Below are positions 1 through 12,800 of a DNA stretch of 64,000 bases, piece by piece. The position numbers and the translations under genes were made by a program. The DNA lies in NCBI GenBank assembly GCA_036172245.1, contig JAYWIR010000009.1, forward strand, positions 2,356,001 to 2,420,000, in the 5' to 3' direction. Below the pieces are notes generated by a model. The model worked only from the letters and a program-made list of their open reading frames with translations, did not search any database and was not told where the DNA came from. This DNA is from Raillietiella orientalis. Taxonomy: Eukaryota. Numbering within the stretch: the first letter of the stretch is position 1; every line of letters starts with the position of its first letter.

Positions 1-2074
1 CACATCTTCAACTGCAGCTCAGTGATCGGAGGCTGCAAACTAAACTCCAAGATCAGACTACAGCATTTGATTGGTCACCTTTAATTCGGACAAACGGTCA
101 TGCAGAGTCAATTGGAAACGTGGATATAGGTAAAGTTCCTCATACGAAAAGATGCTGCGTTACTCTTGACAAATGGAAGAACCGGAAGAAAGTGGATTGG
201 ATGAAAATGCTTTGATAGATGCAGCCTCATTTCGTCGGCGCCTTCAGGAATACCACCTTGCAAGGAGCTACAAATGGCTTGGAATTTGCAGAAGACCTTT
301 CAACAAATGCTCTCTCCGTTACCTATATGTGATGAAGAAAACTCTGTCATAGATGTCGAAGAGCCTAATTTATAAGTTACGTCAGTGGAGATGCTCTTAT
401 ACCTTAGGAATATCCCCTTTGGATACTTCCCGTATCCAGCAGACTTGTGAAACGGATGATACTCGAGGATTATTCAGTGCTTTAGAGGATTTAGAAGGCG
501 CAGCAAATGTTTAGTGACTTGAGGTCTTGCAGTTTCCATTCGTTTGTCAGGAATCACGAAATTTCAGCCGAGTCCTCCCTGTGGTCAAACACGCAATCTT
601 TTAGAGCAGCGTTTGCTCTTTCTCGATTGCACACTGACTGCGGGGATGAGAAAATCTCATTCACTGTGTGAACATGGAATACTCTTCTCCAGAATGCAAC
701 GGTAGCACTTCATATCCATTTCAGAAACTGTCCTCTCATCATGAACGGAAAAAAAAAAAAAAAAAATGGAAAGCAAGCTATGAAGAGGATGCCTTCCTAC
801 GCCGCTCGGAAACTGAAATCTTCGGTTCCTTTGTAATCATCTCATCATGTGCACTCTTCAGATTTGAGCGCGAGCTGCGAAACTGTCACTCCTTCGATTG
901 GACATCTAGCTACTGCTAGAGATGCTGCAGAAGGAATTCAAAAGGTCGGCAGCTTTTTAAAATCTTAGTTAGGAATTTACTTGGGAACCTCTTGAGCTTG
1001 CTGTAGGGAACAGCAAGGAATGTACTGAACGGCCGTGATTCCCGCAGATTTGTTCTCCATCAATATAAACTCACGACCATCAGAGTGCTGTGATCTCCAC
1101 ACTGTAGCATCCTTTTCATCTTGGAAATGCCGTAAATTCCTTACTGTGCTGCTTTCAAAGCTTGTGAGCCACAGGAAATCTAAAGGTCATTATGTGCCCG
1201 TCACTTCACCTTAAGCTACAGCAAAATTCTTGGTGCAGCGCGAGGAACGTCCTTTTTTTCTGGCTCTCGAAGGCACAGTGGTTTGACACTCACCCCATTA
1301 CGACAACCTCATTCTGGCGCAGCTTTTTAACTCAAAGAAACATCTTGGGTGCTCACTCTTCCAACCCATATGATTACAATTCTTCGAAAGCATCATTCCT
1401 TTCACATCTCCAGATTCCCCTTGTGTGTTCTATGGATCCACTACTTTAGGTTTTCTTCCTTACTAATCAGCGTGTCACGTGGTAATTCTCAGAAGGAAAC
1501 GTAGGGAGGGAAACTTATCCTCGTGTCTCAGTAGACTGTTACCCGGCAGCGTGTGGAGGACCCCGGATCTTCGGCAAGACCCGACGCCGCTTCGTAAATT
1601 CTCCCAGTTTGGCAATGGGGCTGAAATTTTCAGTTCGGTGTCTGTGCACATTTGAGGAGGGAAAAGTTCATGTCGAGAGCCGGCAAACGAACTGCATGGG
1701 GAAAGAAATGTGGAAGAAAATTCAAAACCCATCTCGGAAACTGGTGCTCTTTTCCTGGAGCAGCAGACTCCCACATCAAAGTGATGTCCAGATCGCGAGG
1801 CAAGCGATGGCGCGCTGCTTTCTAGCTTCCAGGCTTCAAAATCACGTAGACCGCAGACCGACGGGCTTTCCGAGTCTGGAGGATGCTACAAAACGCCGGA
1901 TTTCCGACCACGGTCCAGCTGTTTGTGTTCCATCTGAAACTCCTTGCAGTCTCTTTGCGTGGAATCTGGCAAGCAGTTGCTCGATCACCGTGAATTCTTT
2001 TATTTTTTAGAGCTGACAGCGAAGCTGCAAGAGCTCCCAGAAAAGGCGGAAGTTTCTAGCAAACCGCCGGCACA

Positions 2075-3615
2075 CCACTACTAGACCAGTGCACAGAAAG
2101 CGGAGCAAGCGCTAGAACTTCTAGAACGGGCCGCAGTGTGTGGAACACCTTCGTGGTCCCCCTCCTTCTCCCCTTGATTCTTGTTTGCCCCCTCCATGCG
2201 TCATCAGAGAGCGAACAAAGGACCTCCTTCGGATCTCCCTCCGGGGCAAGGGGAGGTCCCAAGTCCGACTGAAGAACCCGTGCGCTCCGCGTCGGAACGA
2301 CGGTCTCGGCTGGAGCGACTGGAGCTTCAGCTCCAGTTGAGGACACTGTCCCTTGTAGCAAAGATGTGGAACACAACCTGGTTCCAACCTGCGTGCCTCC
2401 TCGTCCAGCAGACCACCGGCAGCTCGGGACTCGTGTCCTTCCTTGCGCACCGTCGCCGCAACATCTCCCACTGTGGACTGCAGCTCCGACAATTGGCAAC
2501 CCTGACGAGAATCCACGACACCTGGATCTCCTGCCTATCGGAGAACGGTGGCTCCTGGTTGCGGAAAACCGTCCGCACGTGGACGAAGCGCAACGAACCT
2601 GCCTGAAACAGGCACTGTTTCCATAACAACTGCTCGCCCTGGAAACTACTGGACACCCATTGAAGAGTGCGTGGGCAGGATTGACAACCTCCCTTGCTGC
2701 AGCTCTGCCCTCCCTGAGGGAACATATTAGCAGTAGCCATGTGGCTAAATGGGAGGTTCGTGTGAACATTTCCGGAAGGAGCAAAGGTTTGAGAGAATGG
2801 ACGATGGCTCAGCTCACGAAGGCCCAAGTTGTCTCCCCACGAGGACTTTTGCGGTAAGGAGGGCTACTGAGTATTCAGGAGGAAGACCTGAAGCGGCCCC
2901 TAATGCTCTTGGACAGACATCCTTTCATCAAAGTGGTAGGAGTCTGCGTGGATGCTGCACTGGGATCTCCTGTTCAGCGCCTGCCAGCATTACTGAACAC
3001 GGAGGCGTGTGGGTCCGAATTGTGCCAGGTGTGGGGAGCGGGAATCCCTCTTCCGCCTGATAGTGGATTGTGTTGCCTTCCGGCTTCCCAGGGAACGCTT
3101 TGTCGTGGTCCTGGGAACCCCCGGCGGCAACTCCAGGGACTCTCTGAAACCCCTTTTCGTCCTCGAGGCCCTTCGGCCCGCAGCCTCGCTAGCAGCTCTC
3201 GGCTGCCTACGTGAGATTGTAGCTGCTGGAGCGACGCAAGAGGAGGACCGAGTGACAGGGGTGTCACATCCACTTTGTTGTCCGCTTCATGAGGATGACA
3301 ACGAGATGGCCCCACCTGAAGGGACAGCATGCAGCAGGAGCTTGCGGTATCCTCTGAAGGATGCAGAGGACCGCTCCCAGCAGGAAGTGATCCCCTCTTG
3401 TACCCTCCCTCCCATCTCCCAAATTTATGTATTTATTTTTTGTTTTTTTGTTTGCCCCCTCCCTTCTGCTGCCGTGACGGACCTCACCGGTCTGCGAACC
3501 AGTAACCCGGCAGGCTCTCGGTAAGAAGAACGTGGCTGGACCACCGCTCCAACCACAATCTTTCGTGAATGTTTATCCCTATCTAAATAAACGCCTCGGC
3601 ACATCGGGGTGTCAA
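2075..3615 (+). mobile_element. Degenerate L1/Tx1-like non-LTR retrotransposon, 3' part (RT thumb region, C-terminal zinc finger, 3' UTR)
   Basis: Frameshifted translation gives ...PPPCVIRERTKDLLRISLRGKGRSQVRLKNPCAPRRNDGLGWSDW (the FLW.GK...P...GGLG..D pattern of L1-clade ORF2) and GPNCARCGERESLFRLIVDC (CxxC..ESxxHLxxxC). A pyrimidine-rich UTR follows, with AATAAA at 3586 and the family hairpin at 3594-3609. Confidence 0.8.
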
Positions 3616-3734
3616 CTCCCGACGGGCTAACGCAGTACACGTTTTATGGCGCAAATCGATTTCGTAACACGTTGGATCCGGAGGAGTCCCTCATCATTGG
3701 CGTACCTAGGAATCCGAATGCCCGCGAAGGATCC

Positions 3735-4200
3735 CGAAATAATTGCTTTATGGAATGCTAATGGAGTTCCGTCTTCGGAGAGACAAACTTTTGAGGGAAG
3801 GACTTCCGCTCTCTCTGGAGCACTCGTTTCAATAACGCGGCTGCATGCAGCTTCCCCCTCGGAAGAAGTTGGGAGCAGAATTTTTTCCCATAAGATCCTG
3901 GATACTATGCAGAATGTATGCAGAATAGGCTACTAATGGAACCCGGTAAAACTTAATTAAGGAGAACAAAGAATGTTTTTGGAGGGAACGTAGGAGCCTC
4001 GCAGGCCTCATCCATGATTCCTGGGCCATTCCTTTAAAATAAGTAGAAAAAATTTTCACGATAAAAAAGGGTGGGGCACCTTTGGGCCAGAGGCGAGAGA
4101 ATTCCATCCTCATCGGGGACCAAACCATGGGGAGAGTGGGGCTGGGCAGTGGGAAGGACGATGAATGCATCGGAATGGGATTTCGAGCTTTGCTGACCAC
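3735..4200 (+). mobile_element. Remnant of the apurinic-like endonuclease domain of a LINE
   Basis: IIALWNANGV (N-terminal WNxNG motif) at ~3740 and SILIGD at ~4105; broken by stops and frameshifts. Confidence 0.4.
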
Positions 4201-4344
4201 AGTCTTCCGTTGCCAATGGTCTAGCCCAGTGACGTACCGAAAGTTCCTCGTCGTGCGGAGAGCCTCTCTCCTACTACGAGGTCACCCATCCCCTCCTCCG
4301 GTACTCCCATCTGTACCCTCCCTCCCGTTTTCTCTCCCGTAGCT

Positions 4345-5127
4345 GCCTTCGTCCTCGGTCACGTGGTCGCGTCATCCGAGAGCTGCACCCGTTGTCACGG
4401 GTTCGAATCCCGCTCGGGGGTGAAAACTCGAAGCCGAGACAATGAAGGTGAGTCGTGGGTTCCGAGTGCTTTCCGCAGGATGACGCTGGTTGTCTTGGAG
4501 GCTTCCAGTGCGGCACCGGTGGAAGCCGGAAACCCCGGATGCCCCCGTTGACTGGCAGGGATTGGAAGTTGACCTTCCGCGGTCCTTCGAGGAATCAAGG
4601 AGCGCCGGTTCCCTCTGATGTTGTTCCCCTCCGGTTAAGAAAATGAAGCCGTGTAGCCAGAGGGCTGGTTGCTACCTCTCCAGAGTGACGAGAAGAGCGT
4701 TGCTTCCTCTTCGGGAAGGCTCCCTCTAGAGAAAATTGGGAAGCGTCGCTTTAGAGGTTACCTTCAGAGGTGGAAACCAGGAGAGGTTCTCTTGTGGGAG
4801 ATCTCTCTGGAGAAGGAACAGTGGTGCGGCTCCCTACAGGAGACTCCTCCAGAGAGAATAAGGAGGAGGCTCCCTTCGGGGTCCACTTTGGAGACAACTA
4901 GGGCGAGGAATCTCTTTGGTGTTCCCACAAGGGTTACAGAGGAACAGATTCCTGCCTCCGGAGCATTCCTGGATTCATAGAGTGGTCCATCAGGGGTCGC
5001 CCCCTACCATAAAGAGTCACGCGCGCACCTCAGGTGGCGTGGGTAGTGCAAAAGAGTTCCTCCAGCCCCCCCCCCCCCCCTTTCCACAGGCAGGCAAACG
5101 GTTCTTCTGCACTTGACGAAACAAAAG
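4345..5127 (+). mobile_element. tRNA-derived SINE-like element, copy 1 (near full length)
   Basis: B-box GGTTCGAATCC at 4400-4410; core TTCCGCAGGATGACGCTGGTT at ~4470; hairpin-repeat region ~4700-4900; 3' end GTTCTTCTGCACTTGACGAAACAAAA shared with copies 4 and 8. Confidence 0.75.
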
Positions 5128-5199
5128 AGAAGGGGACAGGGAGAACGGAGAAATCAAAGAGGATTTCCGCCAGTGGGGAGCGGCAGTTGCTCGGGCCGA

Positions 5200-6065
5200 T
5201 TTCTTCCGGTTCTCTTCTACCTCCTCTGGGAAGACCGCTCCCAGCTTGCGGGTGGGACGTGTCCTGGTCATGTGCGCGCGCGCGATGCACACCCAGGTAG
5301 GTGCCCACCGCTTCCGAACGCCAAGCGTCGTGGTTGCCAGGGCGGCAAGAGATCCGCTGCTGCTTCACCCGGAGGGCAGCCACCACTAGACGAGGGGAAG
5401 TGCTGCGCGAAACCGTACCAGGTGCGCGGAAGCGCGTACACCTCTAGGTGAGGCCGAGGCGTGCATCCCTTGTTCTCCCCCTGCACCGTGGAAACCGTAC
5501 GAAGGGTGGATCGTACGTTTTCGAATGTGTGCTTCCTGGGTTCGCTGGATGCTGGACAACGACAGCGCACCAGTCCGGATGAAGAGGACCACCTGGGGAG
5601 CTGCCGACAGCCAACGTATGGGATTCACGGCCCTTTTCACCGCGTAGGCTGGCAACCCTGGTGACGTGCAGAAGCCCCCCTTATGCGGAGTGCCGTGACG
5701 TCTCTGCCGCCTGCGCGCTGCCGTCGCTGCCACATACCAGGCCGAGGAAGGAAGACGCGACAGGCGAGGGTCTCATCCTGTTGGGGTGGACGGAGGCAGA
5801 AGGAGGAGCTCGCTGGCATCCCGCTGGCATGAGGTGAGGAGAGCCCGAGGACGTGGGATGCAATCCCTCACCTCCTCCCCTCTTAAAAAGCATTTTCGTT
5901 CCATTTTTGCCTTACTTTTTCCTTTCTCCACGCCCCCTCTTTTCCGTCGTGGACCTTGCCAGCACCTCTCCCTGAAGACTTGCTGATCTCGGTGGCACCT
6001 TCCTCCTCACCGAGGTCTGCAAGCTCCCTTCTCATAAATAAACCCCCTGGTCTACCGGGGGAGAG
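5200..6065 (+). mobile_element. L1/Tx1-like derivative: ORF1 (gag-like) remnant joined to the extreme 3' end of the element
   Basis: VHPLFSPCTVETVRRV and CRRCHIPG (decayed zinc knuckle), then GGAGCTCGCTGGCATC (like the ORF2 end at ~44540), a pyrimidine-rich UTR, AATAAA at 6037 and a hairpin at 6045-6060. Confidence 0.55.
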
Positions 6066-6079
6066 CCACAGTCATCCCG

Positions 6080-7610
6080 AGGCTGCCTGGTGTTTCACAC
6101 CCCCATCTGGGTCATCTCGTGGCACCTCACATGCAGTTGGCTAGAGTGGCGAAGTCACTATCTAACACGTGAACGCTTGGAACGACCGAACGAGCGTGTT
6201 CCACCGAGGTCTACTCAAGGTGACTCGACGGAACTGGCGTCCGGATGTCCTCCCTGTCCGCACCAATGGGACATGGTCTAGGAAGCAACAGCTCATCGAA
6301 GAACCCACACGTGAAGATCGTCCCAAAGAGCAGGGAGCTCAGGAGCAGCGAACTGGCCACAATGATTCCGCTCTTCGCAAGCGTCTCATGGAGCACCTGA
6401 AGAATAGCTTTAGAGGAATAGACGTCTGACCATCGGTGACTGCCCCTAGCGCTCCTCTACCAGCGGAAACGTCCATGAAGGACGAGTGCTTCAGTACAAG
6501 CTCCAGATGCAAGGGTGGACAGCACTCACGACCCACGAGCTCGGGCAAACCCGAGGTTCGCAGTGGATCAAAGTAAACCCTTGAGCTCCGAAAGAACGTC
6601 TGTGGCTCGACACTACAGCAAAGGAAAGATGCATACGCAGTTCGGGTGATCCACCTCGAACTTACTTTCCATCGGGACCGTCGAATGGAGGAGTGATCAG
6701 CTTCCAGAGATCAGGACTGCACCCTGATGTATTGTCATGGAAGAGGTACCCCGTGAGACAAGTCTTCACCACTGAATGGGAAACCTCAAAGACGGACAAC
6801 GCCTCGCATGCGGGTCACCGAAGACAATCTCTACCCGTACATGGAGGAGGGTGGTAAGTGCTGAATTCTTCTTCCTGGGAAGGCTTCTTTCGCGCTTTCA
6901 TCTGGACTATGTTAGGAGCACGTGCGGAAGGGCCTCCCCACGCTCCCACGATGCAAACCGCATTTTTCAGATCCTGTCCATAAAAGGAGGGCACGGAGAT
7001 GAACTCGGTGCATCGACAGGATGGTGGTTTGCTGGCAGCATAGGAGAAGGAAAGAGGACTTGACCAGGAAGACCGGGATTTCGAATCTTCTAAAGCAGAT
7101 TCCGAGAAACTCGTCTTCGGAAGCGCTGTCGTACCCCGTTGCCTGATGGTCCCTTCCTGCCCTTCTGGCACGACGGACTCTCCACCGACGCGATGATCGC
7201 AACTACGGATGGTTGCATCGGTGCCATTGTCACGGCCCGCCATGTGCTCGAGACGCGGACTCAGAGAAGGGAGGCCACCGGGATGGCGGCAGGCTGTACA
7301 TGAGGGCGGCTGTAAGGTGACCTAACCTGAAAGAGGAGACGGTGATCGCCGACCCCCATCACAAGTCCTGTCCTTGCCCTTCCTTTATTTATTTTTTGAT
7401 TGCTCCCTCCCAACCTCTCAGGACCTTTCCTGGTTTTCTTTTGCTCAAGAAAGAGAGACGCCAAGGACCCTTGCCGCATCCCTCCCATATTTCCACGTTG
7501 AATTGCTGTCCCTTCCCTCCCACTCCGGACTTTTAGAGATCCCCACCTGCGTGCTCCCAGATGGTTTATTTTTATGAAATAGAAGCCCCGGCGTGATCGG
7601 GTGATAAGCT
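6080..7610 (+). mobile_element. Internally deleted L1/Tx1-like element (endonuclease end, linker, RT start, then C-terminus and 3' UTR)
   Basis: Weak linker/RT-start similarity (QWDMV; VVSAEFFF; LSIKGGHGDEL). 7100-7330 matches the C-terminal region of the other copies; the UTR has CCACTCCGGACTTTT and a terminal hairpin at 7587-7601. Confidence 0.6.
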
Positions 7611-7799
7611 TCAAGATCAATTATCTGAGTATCTCGAGGACATCTCTCTTCCTTCCAAAGCCTGCTTAATCCAGAATGTCTTCGGGTGCAGACCATAACT
7701 CCATGCGCTCCATCTAAGGGGAGCTGCGAAAGAAGTCCAAAGCCCCTTGCTAGAAAAGTGTGTAAAACCATCGCGTGTTCTTCACGGAAAAGTGTTCAG

Positions 7800-7905
7800 C
7801 TGGCAGCAGTCACGTCTTCGTTTCCGCCCCCGACTATGATGCTTGCGCAAAGCTATTTGTGGAAAATGGCCGTAATTACAGCGTCCTGCTTCCTTCCACA
7901 GGCAG
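7800..7905 (+). CDS. Candidate exon: N-terminal half of a divergent SH2-like domain
   Basis: TTCAG acceptor and a weak AG|GTTCGA donor. Encodes GSSHVFVSAPDYDACAKLFVENGRNYSVLLPSTG; the phase-2 end joins in frame to 13850-14080. Confidence 0.25.
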
Positions 7906-8129
7906 GTTCGAAACTAACGAAATACCTGAGGCCTCTCGAATGGTGAAAGCGATCTTTCAAGAATTCCCTGAGAAAAATCAGATTTCTGGCTGTTCCCAAG
8001 CAAACTATTCGTGACGAGCAAGATGCCGTAACCGAGAGGAAACGCACAAAATGCCATACGGAAGTGATGGTAGTACTTTTTAATTGTTTTGGTTTTCAAT
8101 TAGATGACATGCTGCAAGGGGAGGCCCTT

Positions 8130-9965
8130 GACATTCTCCCGCAATTCCTACTGTGTTGGTCTGGGGCTCTCGCTGCCCCTGAGCATGTCGCTTCCTCGGC
8201 TTCCTGTCCTCTTTCTCGTGAGAGCTGACCACTTGGGATCTCCTGCTGCATCTGTTTGTTAATCCTTCGTGTGACGTGGGTTGCATAGATGTCGCTGGAG
8301 TACCGGATGCACGAAGCCCCCACCTGGTGCCCCATCGTCACTGGATCCACCTGAGGATTCACCCATGGACAGGTACTTCAAGTGCCTTCCGTTCCGTTGG
8401 GCGACTTCTGCTCGCCAGAAGCGTGGTCAGCCTGCATCTAAAAGGCAGATATGACCCTCTGACTGTTCCTCGATAACAAGTTCGTCTTGCCGGATCGGAA
8501 CACTCCATCTGGAACACCTTTGTTGCCCCCCTTCTTCGCCCCTTACTGTTTGTTTGCCTGCCCCTTCACCCTTCATTCGGTGAAGATCTCGGAGCAGCGC
8601 CTCTGACTCAAAGCCTTATGGAGCGCTGCAAGGTTCCGGATCAGAAAGAATTGGTGGCGCCGCACCAGAACGCTGGTTTGGGCATCTTGACCATCGAGAA
8701 GATCAGACTGCAGGTGCAATTCCGAATTCTCCCCCTGTGTGGGGAATTGTGGTCTTCACATCGGTGTGTACCGGCACGCTATATCCTCCAGCGATGCGTT
8801 GGCAGTGCAGGACTTCTTTCGCTGCTGTCGAACAACGTACTCTGGAGGACTGGATTCGACTACCCTTTGAAGCATATGTCCTCGTTGCTGCTAGCCCATC
8901 CGTGGATCTTCTGCCGTTTCATCAACTGGAATTCCTGGCTGCAGGATGCTCTGGAACACTGGACTGTCACTTTGGAAACGCGCCTAGAGGGACTCCGACG
9001 GTTGCAGGGTCTCTTACGCAAACCGTTAGGAGGTCTCCTGCAGGATTGGACGCGATGGTCCCGGATAGGCGTCACACCCCTTGCTGCAGCCCCGTCTGCT
9101 CTCAGGGCAAGAACTGACAGCAGTCAACCGGCGGGGTGGGAGTTCTGCAGCATTTCAGGAGTCGAAAAACTCTTGGTGAACGCCACCACTCCTCGTTTCC
9201 GGGCAACGCGATTCCTTCTGTGGAGCAATCTCATTCTCGGTGTTCCCCCGAAGAACCCGTGGTCTTTTCCCTTTCGCGAACACCTTCATCCTTCTGCTCC
9301 GATGGAAACAAGATGTTCTGCTACTTCTGCGTCGGGGGGATTGCAGTGCAATCAGCGCAAACACCTGCTTTCCAGGGGAGCTGCCTGCCCGAACTTTCGA
9401 GGTGCGGGGCGATGGAATAGCTCCCGCACCGACTGCAGTGCCCTCGCGGACTTGTAGCGGAGACTCGTTTCGGCGCTCCGACAACCTCAGGACACCGCTC
9501 TGGACTTAATGAGACGCTTCTTCACCGGAGGCGGGCCGAAGAAGGGTGCTGCGATCTCAATGAGATGCTGCATCCGCGCCAAATAACAGTTCGTCACGTG
9601 CTGGACTTAGGTTTGCGGAGAAGAGAGGCCACCAACATGGCAGCAGCCCTCACGAAGACAGTAGCAAGGTGGTCCCATCTGCCAGAAGTCGTCAGAAAGA
9701 TGTCCACCATCCACAGTCGCTTCTGGAAATTATGGAATGTTACATACCAAAGTCCTTTATCCCCATCCTTTCGTCGTTTTTCTATTTATTCATTGTCCCC
9801 TCCCTAGTTTTTAAGAGCCAGCTTGCGCGCCGATGGTTATTCCGGGTGAAGTTCTTTTTTTGGCGTTTCGTGTTTCTGAGGGGATACCCTTCTTCCCCTC
9901 CTCTTTGTAGTTTCTTTTGTTCTTGTTTCAAAATAAACGTCCTGGCGCAACCGGGTTCAAACACC
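8130..9965 (+). mobile_element. Degenerate L1/Tx1-like element, 3' ~1.8 kb
   Basis: IHLRIHPW (YLGI-like), VAPHQNAGLGILTIE, and SRCGAME...DCSALADL..RLVSALRQPQDT (closely similar to the 53933-54415 ORF); AATAAA at 9932 and hairpin at 9941-9955. Confidence 0.85.
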
Positions 9966-11559
9966 GTCACCGAGGTGATAGTGGTAGCAAACACCTCTTC
10001 GTCTTTTAGGACGTGTCCGCGGACCACAGAAGAAGCAAAAGGGGTAAAATTTTGGAATCTGGACGGGATATGGTGAGAGGAGGGCTGGAAACCGAACGGA
10101 AGCACATACAGAACGCTTACAAGGGGAAACTCGGTGAACTTAGGGAAACCTGTTTCCCCATGACTGCGGACGAAACTCATCCTGCAGGGAAAATGCTGCT
10201 CCTTCCGAGCACTTCAGAGAGCCTATGGCATTTTTCTGGCGCTACGAAATGAATTCCAAACCCTACTGGGTAAATGGCCTGGAAACATTCAGTGCATCCA
10301 CAAGGTGCAATTAGTCAATCCATCTCACAATTGGGACTATGAGTTTTCCCCAGAAGTTTGTTGAAATTATAGTAGGTGATCTTCAAGAGTTCAAGGAAGA
10401 GTTGAAGAACCTACAGGGGCTAGGTAGAAAGTAGAAAGGGTTCCCATGCGTTCCAGAGAGAGAGCGAAGATGAACGCTACTGTAGTGAAGAAGTTTCTGC
10501 TCACATTATCTTCTTTGGTCCGCTTCCTTGACTAAAGTAAGAGCAGGTCTTCTAGAAAATGGCACTCTGAGTGTTGTCACACGATTAAGGTTCCCGTTCG
10601 CAAGGTTCATCATGAGAATGGCGATTCTGAGACTCTCCTATGAAGGGTGGCCATGCAGTCTTATTTGGAAAGAAGTGCTTCAGAATAGCAGCAACAATTC
10701 CCATTAAATTTCGCGTGTCCCATTCTGGAGCCGCTCCACAACTCCCTAGTTTTTCAACACCTGCTTTCTTCTGGAAACGCGCACTTGCCTCAAAGAAACA
10801 TCAATCAATAGCTTCGTAGTTAGCAAACAAGAATCTGAGCAGAGAAGCGAAGAACAGGAACGTCTTCACGTGGGAAAGAAAGCATTTCGTGAAAAATAGC
10901 ATTTGTGAGCTGCAGTGCAAGACGTGAAAAATGGATAAAATGAAAACCAGTTGCCATGCCAACTCAGGCGTGAAAGGGACGGAGGAGGAAACTTTCCCAT
11001 CCTGAAACATCATCATCACGTACCATCACCACTAGACTTTCCTCACCGCGAGCAGGAAAGGGAGATCCTGATTCCGTGGTTTCGTGGCAGAACGCTTGTG
11101 ACTCTTTGACCACCGTTTTGGAAATGTAAAATCCTGATTTTAGCTGTCCGCAGGCAACGGGAACCGATTCACTTGTTCGGGATGTAGAAAAATTGCTTCT
11201 TTTTTTTCCCCTGCAAACAGCAGCATGGCAGCCCTGATACTCCACTGCCATTCCGATGGGGCGATTGGAATGTGCCGTAGATGTCGTAGCATGGAAGGAA
11301 TCTCTCTTATGCATCCTCAATCATTCCACCAGCACGTGAATCCGAGTCTCTGAAAGAGCTCCTGGACATCTTCCCTTGGGTGCATGAGTTACACAGATGC
11401 TGGGGTGAGGCGCAACAGTGTTTCAAGAACCAAGAAAACTCCTGTGTGGCGGTGTCTGTGACCACCCTTGAGAGGTTCTCAAGACTCCGAGAAACAAACA
11501 AGAGAGGGAAACTCTCCCCAAAGAGAGACGAAAGGGAAACAGCTCCGATAGAAGAACCC

Positions 11560-11960
11560 AATCTCGGTTAAGCACGAGGAGATGGCAGCACGGATCAACT
11601 CGGAAGTGCCGATGTCTAGTGGCCTGCGGCCACACCCTGTGTAAAGGTCCACTCCTTGCTTCGACTGGGCTTGGTGCGAGGGACGAGTCACCATCCTCGA
11701 TGTCTCTACTCCGGATGACCTTGGAGGAAGCGAGGTAACTAAGGGAAAGCAGATGCTGAGCAGCTGACTCCCCATAGCTCGTCCCATAGTCAGTACGGGC
11801 ACTCTCTGCAGGATTCTTAAGATCTCAGGGAACATCATCGCGATGCTGTAGAAATTAAAGCTTTTAAGGCGACAATGAGGAACACACCAGTGAAGAGATG
11901 GTGCGTTCCGACATCCAGTTCCTCCTTCGCGTAGATGCCGCGAAGCATTGCCTGAGGTCC
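11560..11960 (-). mobile_element. Possible R2-superfamily retrotransposon fragment (post-RT region)
   Basis: HLREGGTG (GGLG-like) followed by SHQAQSKQGVDL; motif-level resemblance only. Confidence 0.25.
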
Positions 11961-12029
11961 TTGGCCATGGAGTAGCAAACCCTCTGGTCTGCAGCCTCTA
12001 TTTGCTCAGAGCGTGTAGGGATTGGAATG

Positions 12030-12300
12030 TGACCGTGTGGCTACTCCCTCCGCGCGTGGCACCGAGCGTCGTGGGTTCGAATCTCGCCCAGGGAAGGGGC
12101 GACGCTGGAAACGGGGGGTGCATGGTGGGTTTCGAGCCTTTCCCGCAGGATGACCCTGGTCTCGGTCGGTTCCGGGGGGGTGCGGCACTGGCGGAATTGA
12201 GACTCCCCCGCTGAAAGCGGACCCTTCAGGGTCCTTCCAGGATTCGAGGAACCGGCTCCCTTCGAGGTTTCCCCACCTCCATCGCGCATCACGAAACTGG
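12030..12300 (+). mobile_element. tRNA-derived SINE-like element, copy 2 (5' part only)
   Basis: CGCGTGGCACCG...GGGTTCGAATCTCGCCCAGGGAA head; core TTCCCGCAGGATGACCCTGG; GACCCTTCAGGGTCCTTCCAGGATTCGAGG. Confidence 0.75.
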
Positions 12301-12329
12301 TTGTTGCTCCCCTCGAGGGGTTGTCTCTC

Positions 12330-12800
12330 TCCAGATATCAAGAAGCGCTCTGAGCATGACATTTGCCTAGAGGATGGAGGATCGGGCTGTGACTTCGTGG
12401 AGCGCAAGATGGTGCATCAGGATAGGGGTCGAGTCCTCATGCCCGACGTCTTCTCCACTGAAGGACATCCCCGGCAGCTCTGCGGATAGAAAGGAGACTC
12501 AGTACCAGGGATAGACTGCTTTCCAGTTCTCCACATCCCTGCTTCCGGGGCATGGTCGGGAGACAAGTTGGGCGCCCAGGGTCCACGAAACACCGGGATG
12601 CTGGGTGAGTCGAGTGGGGTTCCAGCATCCTGCATCCACGAGACATGTATGGGATGCACTGGTTGGGGGTTCCAGCCTCGATAAGCAAGACGAAAAAGAT
12701 TGCAGCCTGGCCCTCTTGTTCCCAGCGACTGGAAGGATGGGAAGAACCGAGGGTGGCCGGACGTAGTGGAGAGTCCTCTAACCCCATTTCTTGCATGGAG
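12330..12800 (+). mobile_element. Possible LINE endonuclease remnant
   Basis: HQDRGRVL (D..GR.L) and LVGG-like motifs in broken frames. Confidence 0.3.

Noticed and set aside
1..375. Exons of a gene entering from the left edge (AG|GTAAAG at ~129)
   Set aside because: Several frames are possible and no product is recognisable; not supportable.
8618..9457. 279-aa ORF as an intact gene
   Set aside because: It lies inside a frameshifted LINE ORF2 and drifts in and out of the ancestral frame.
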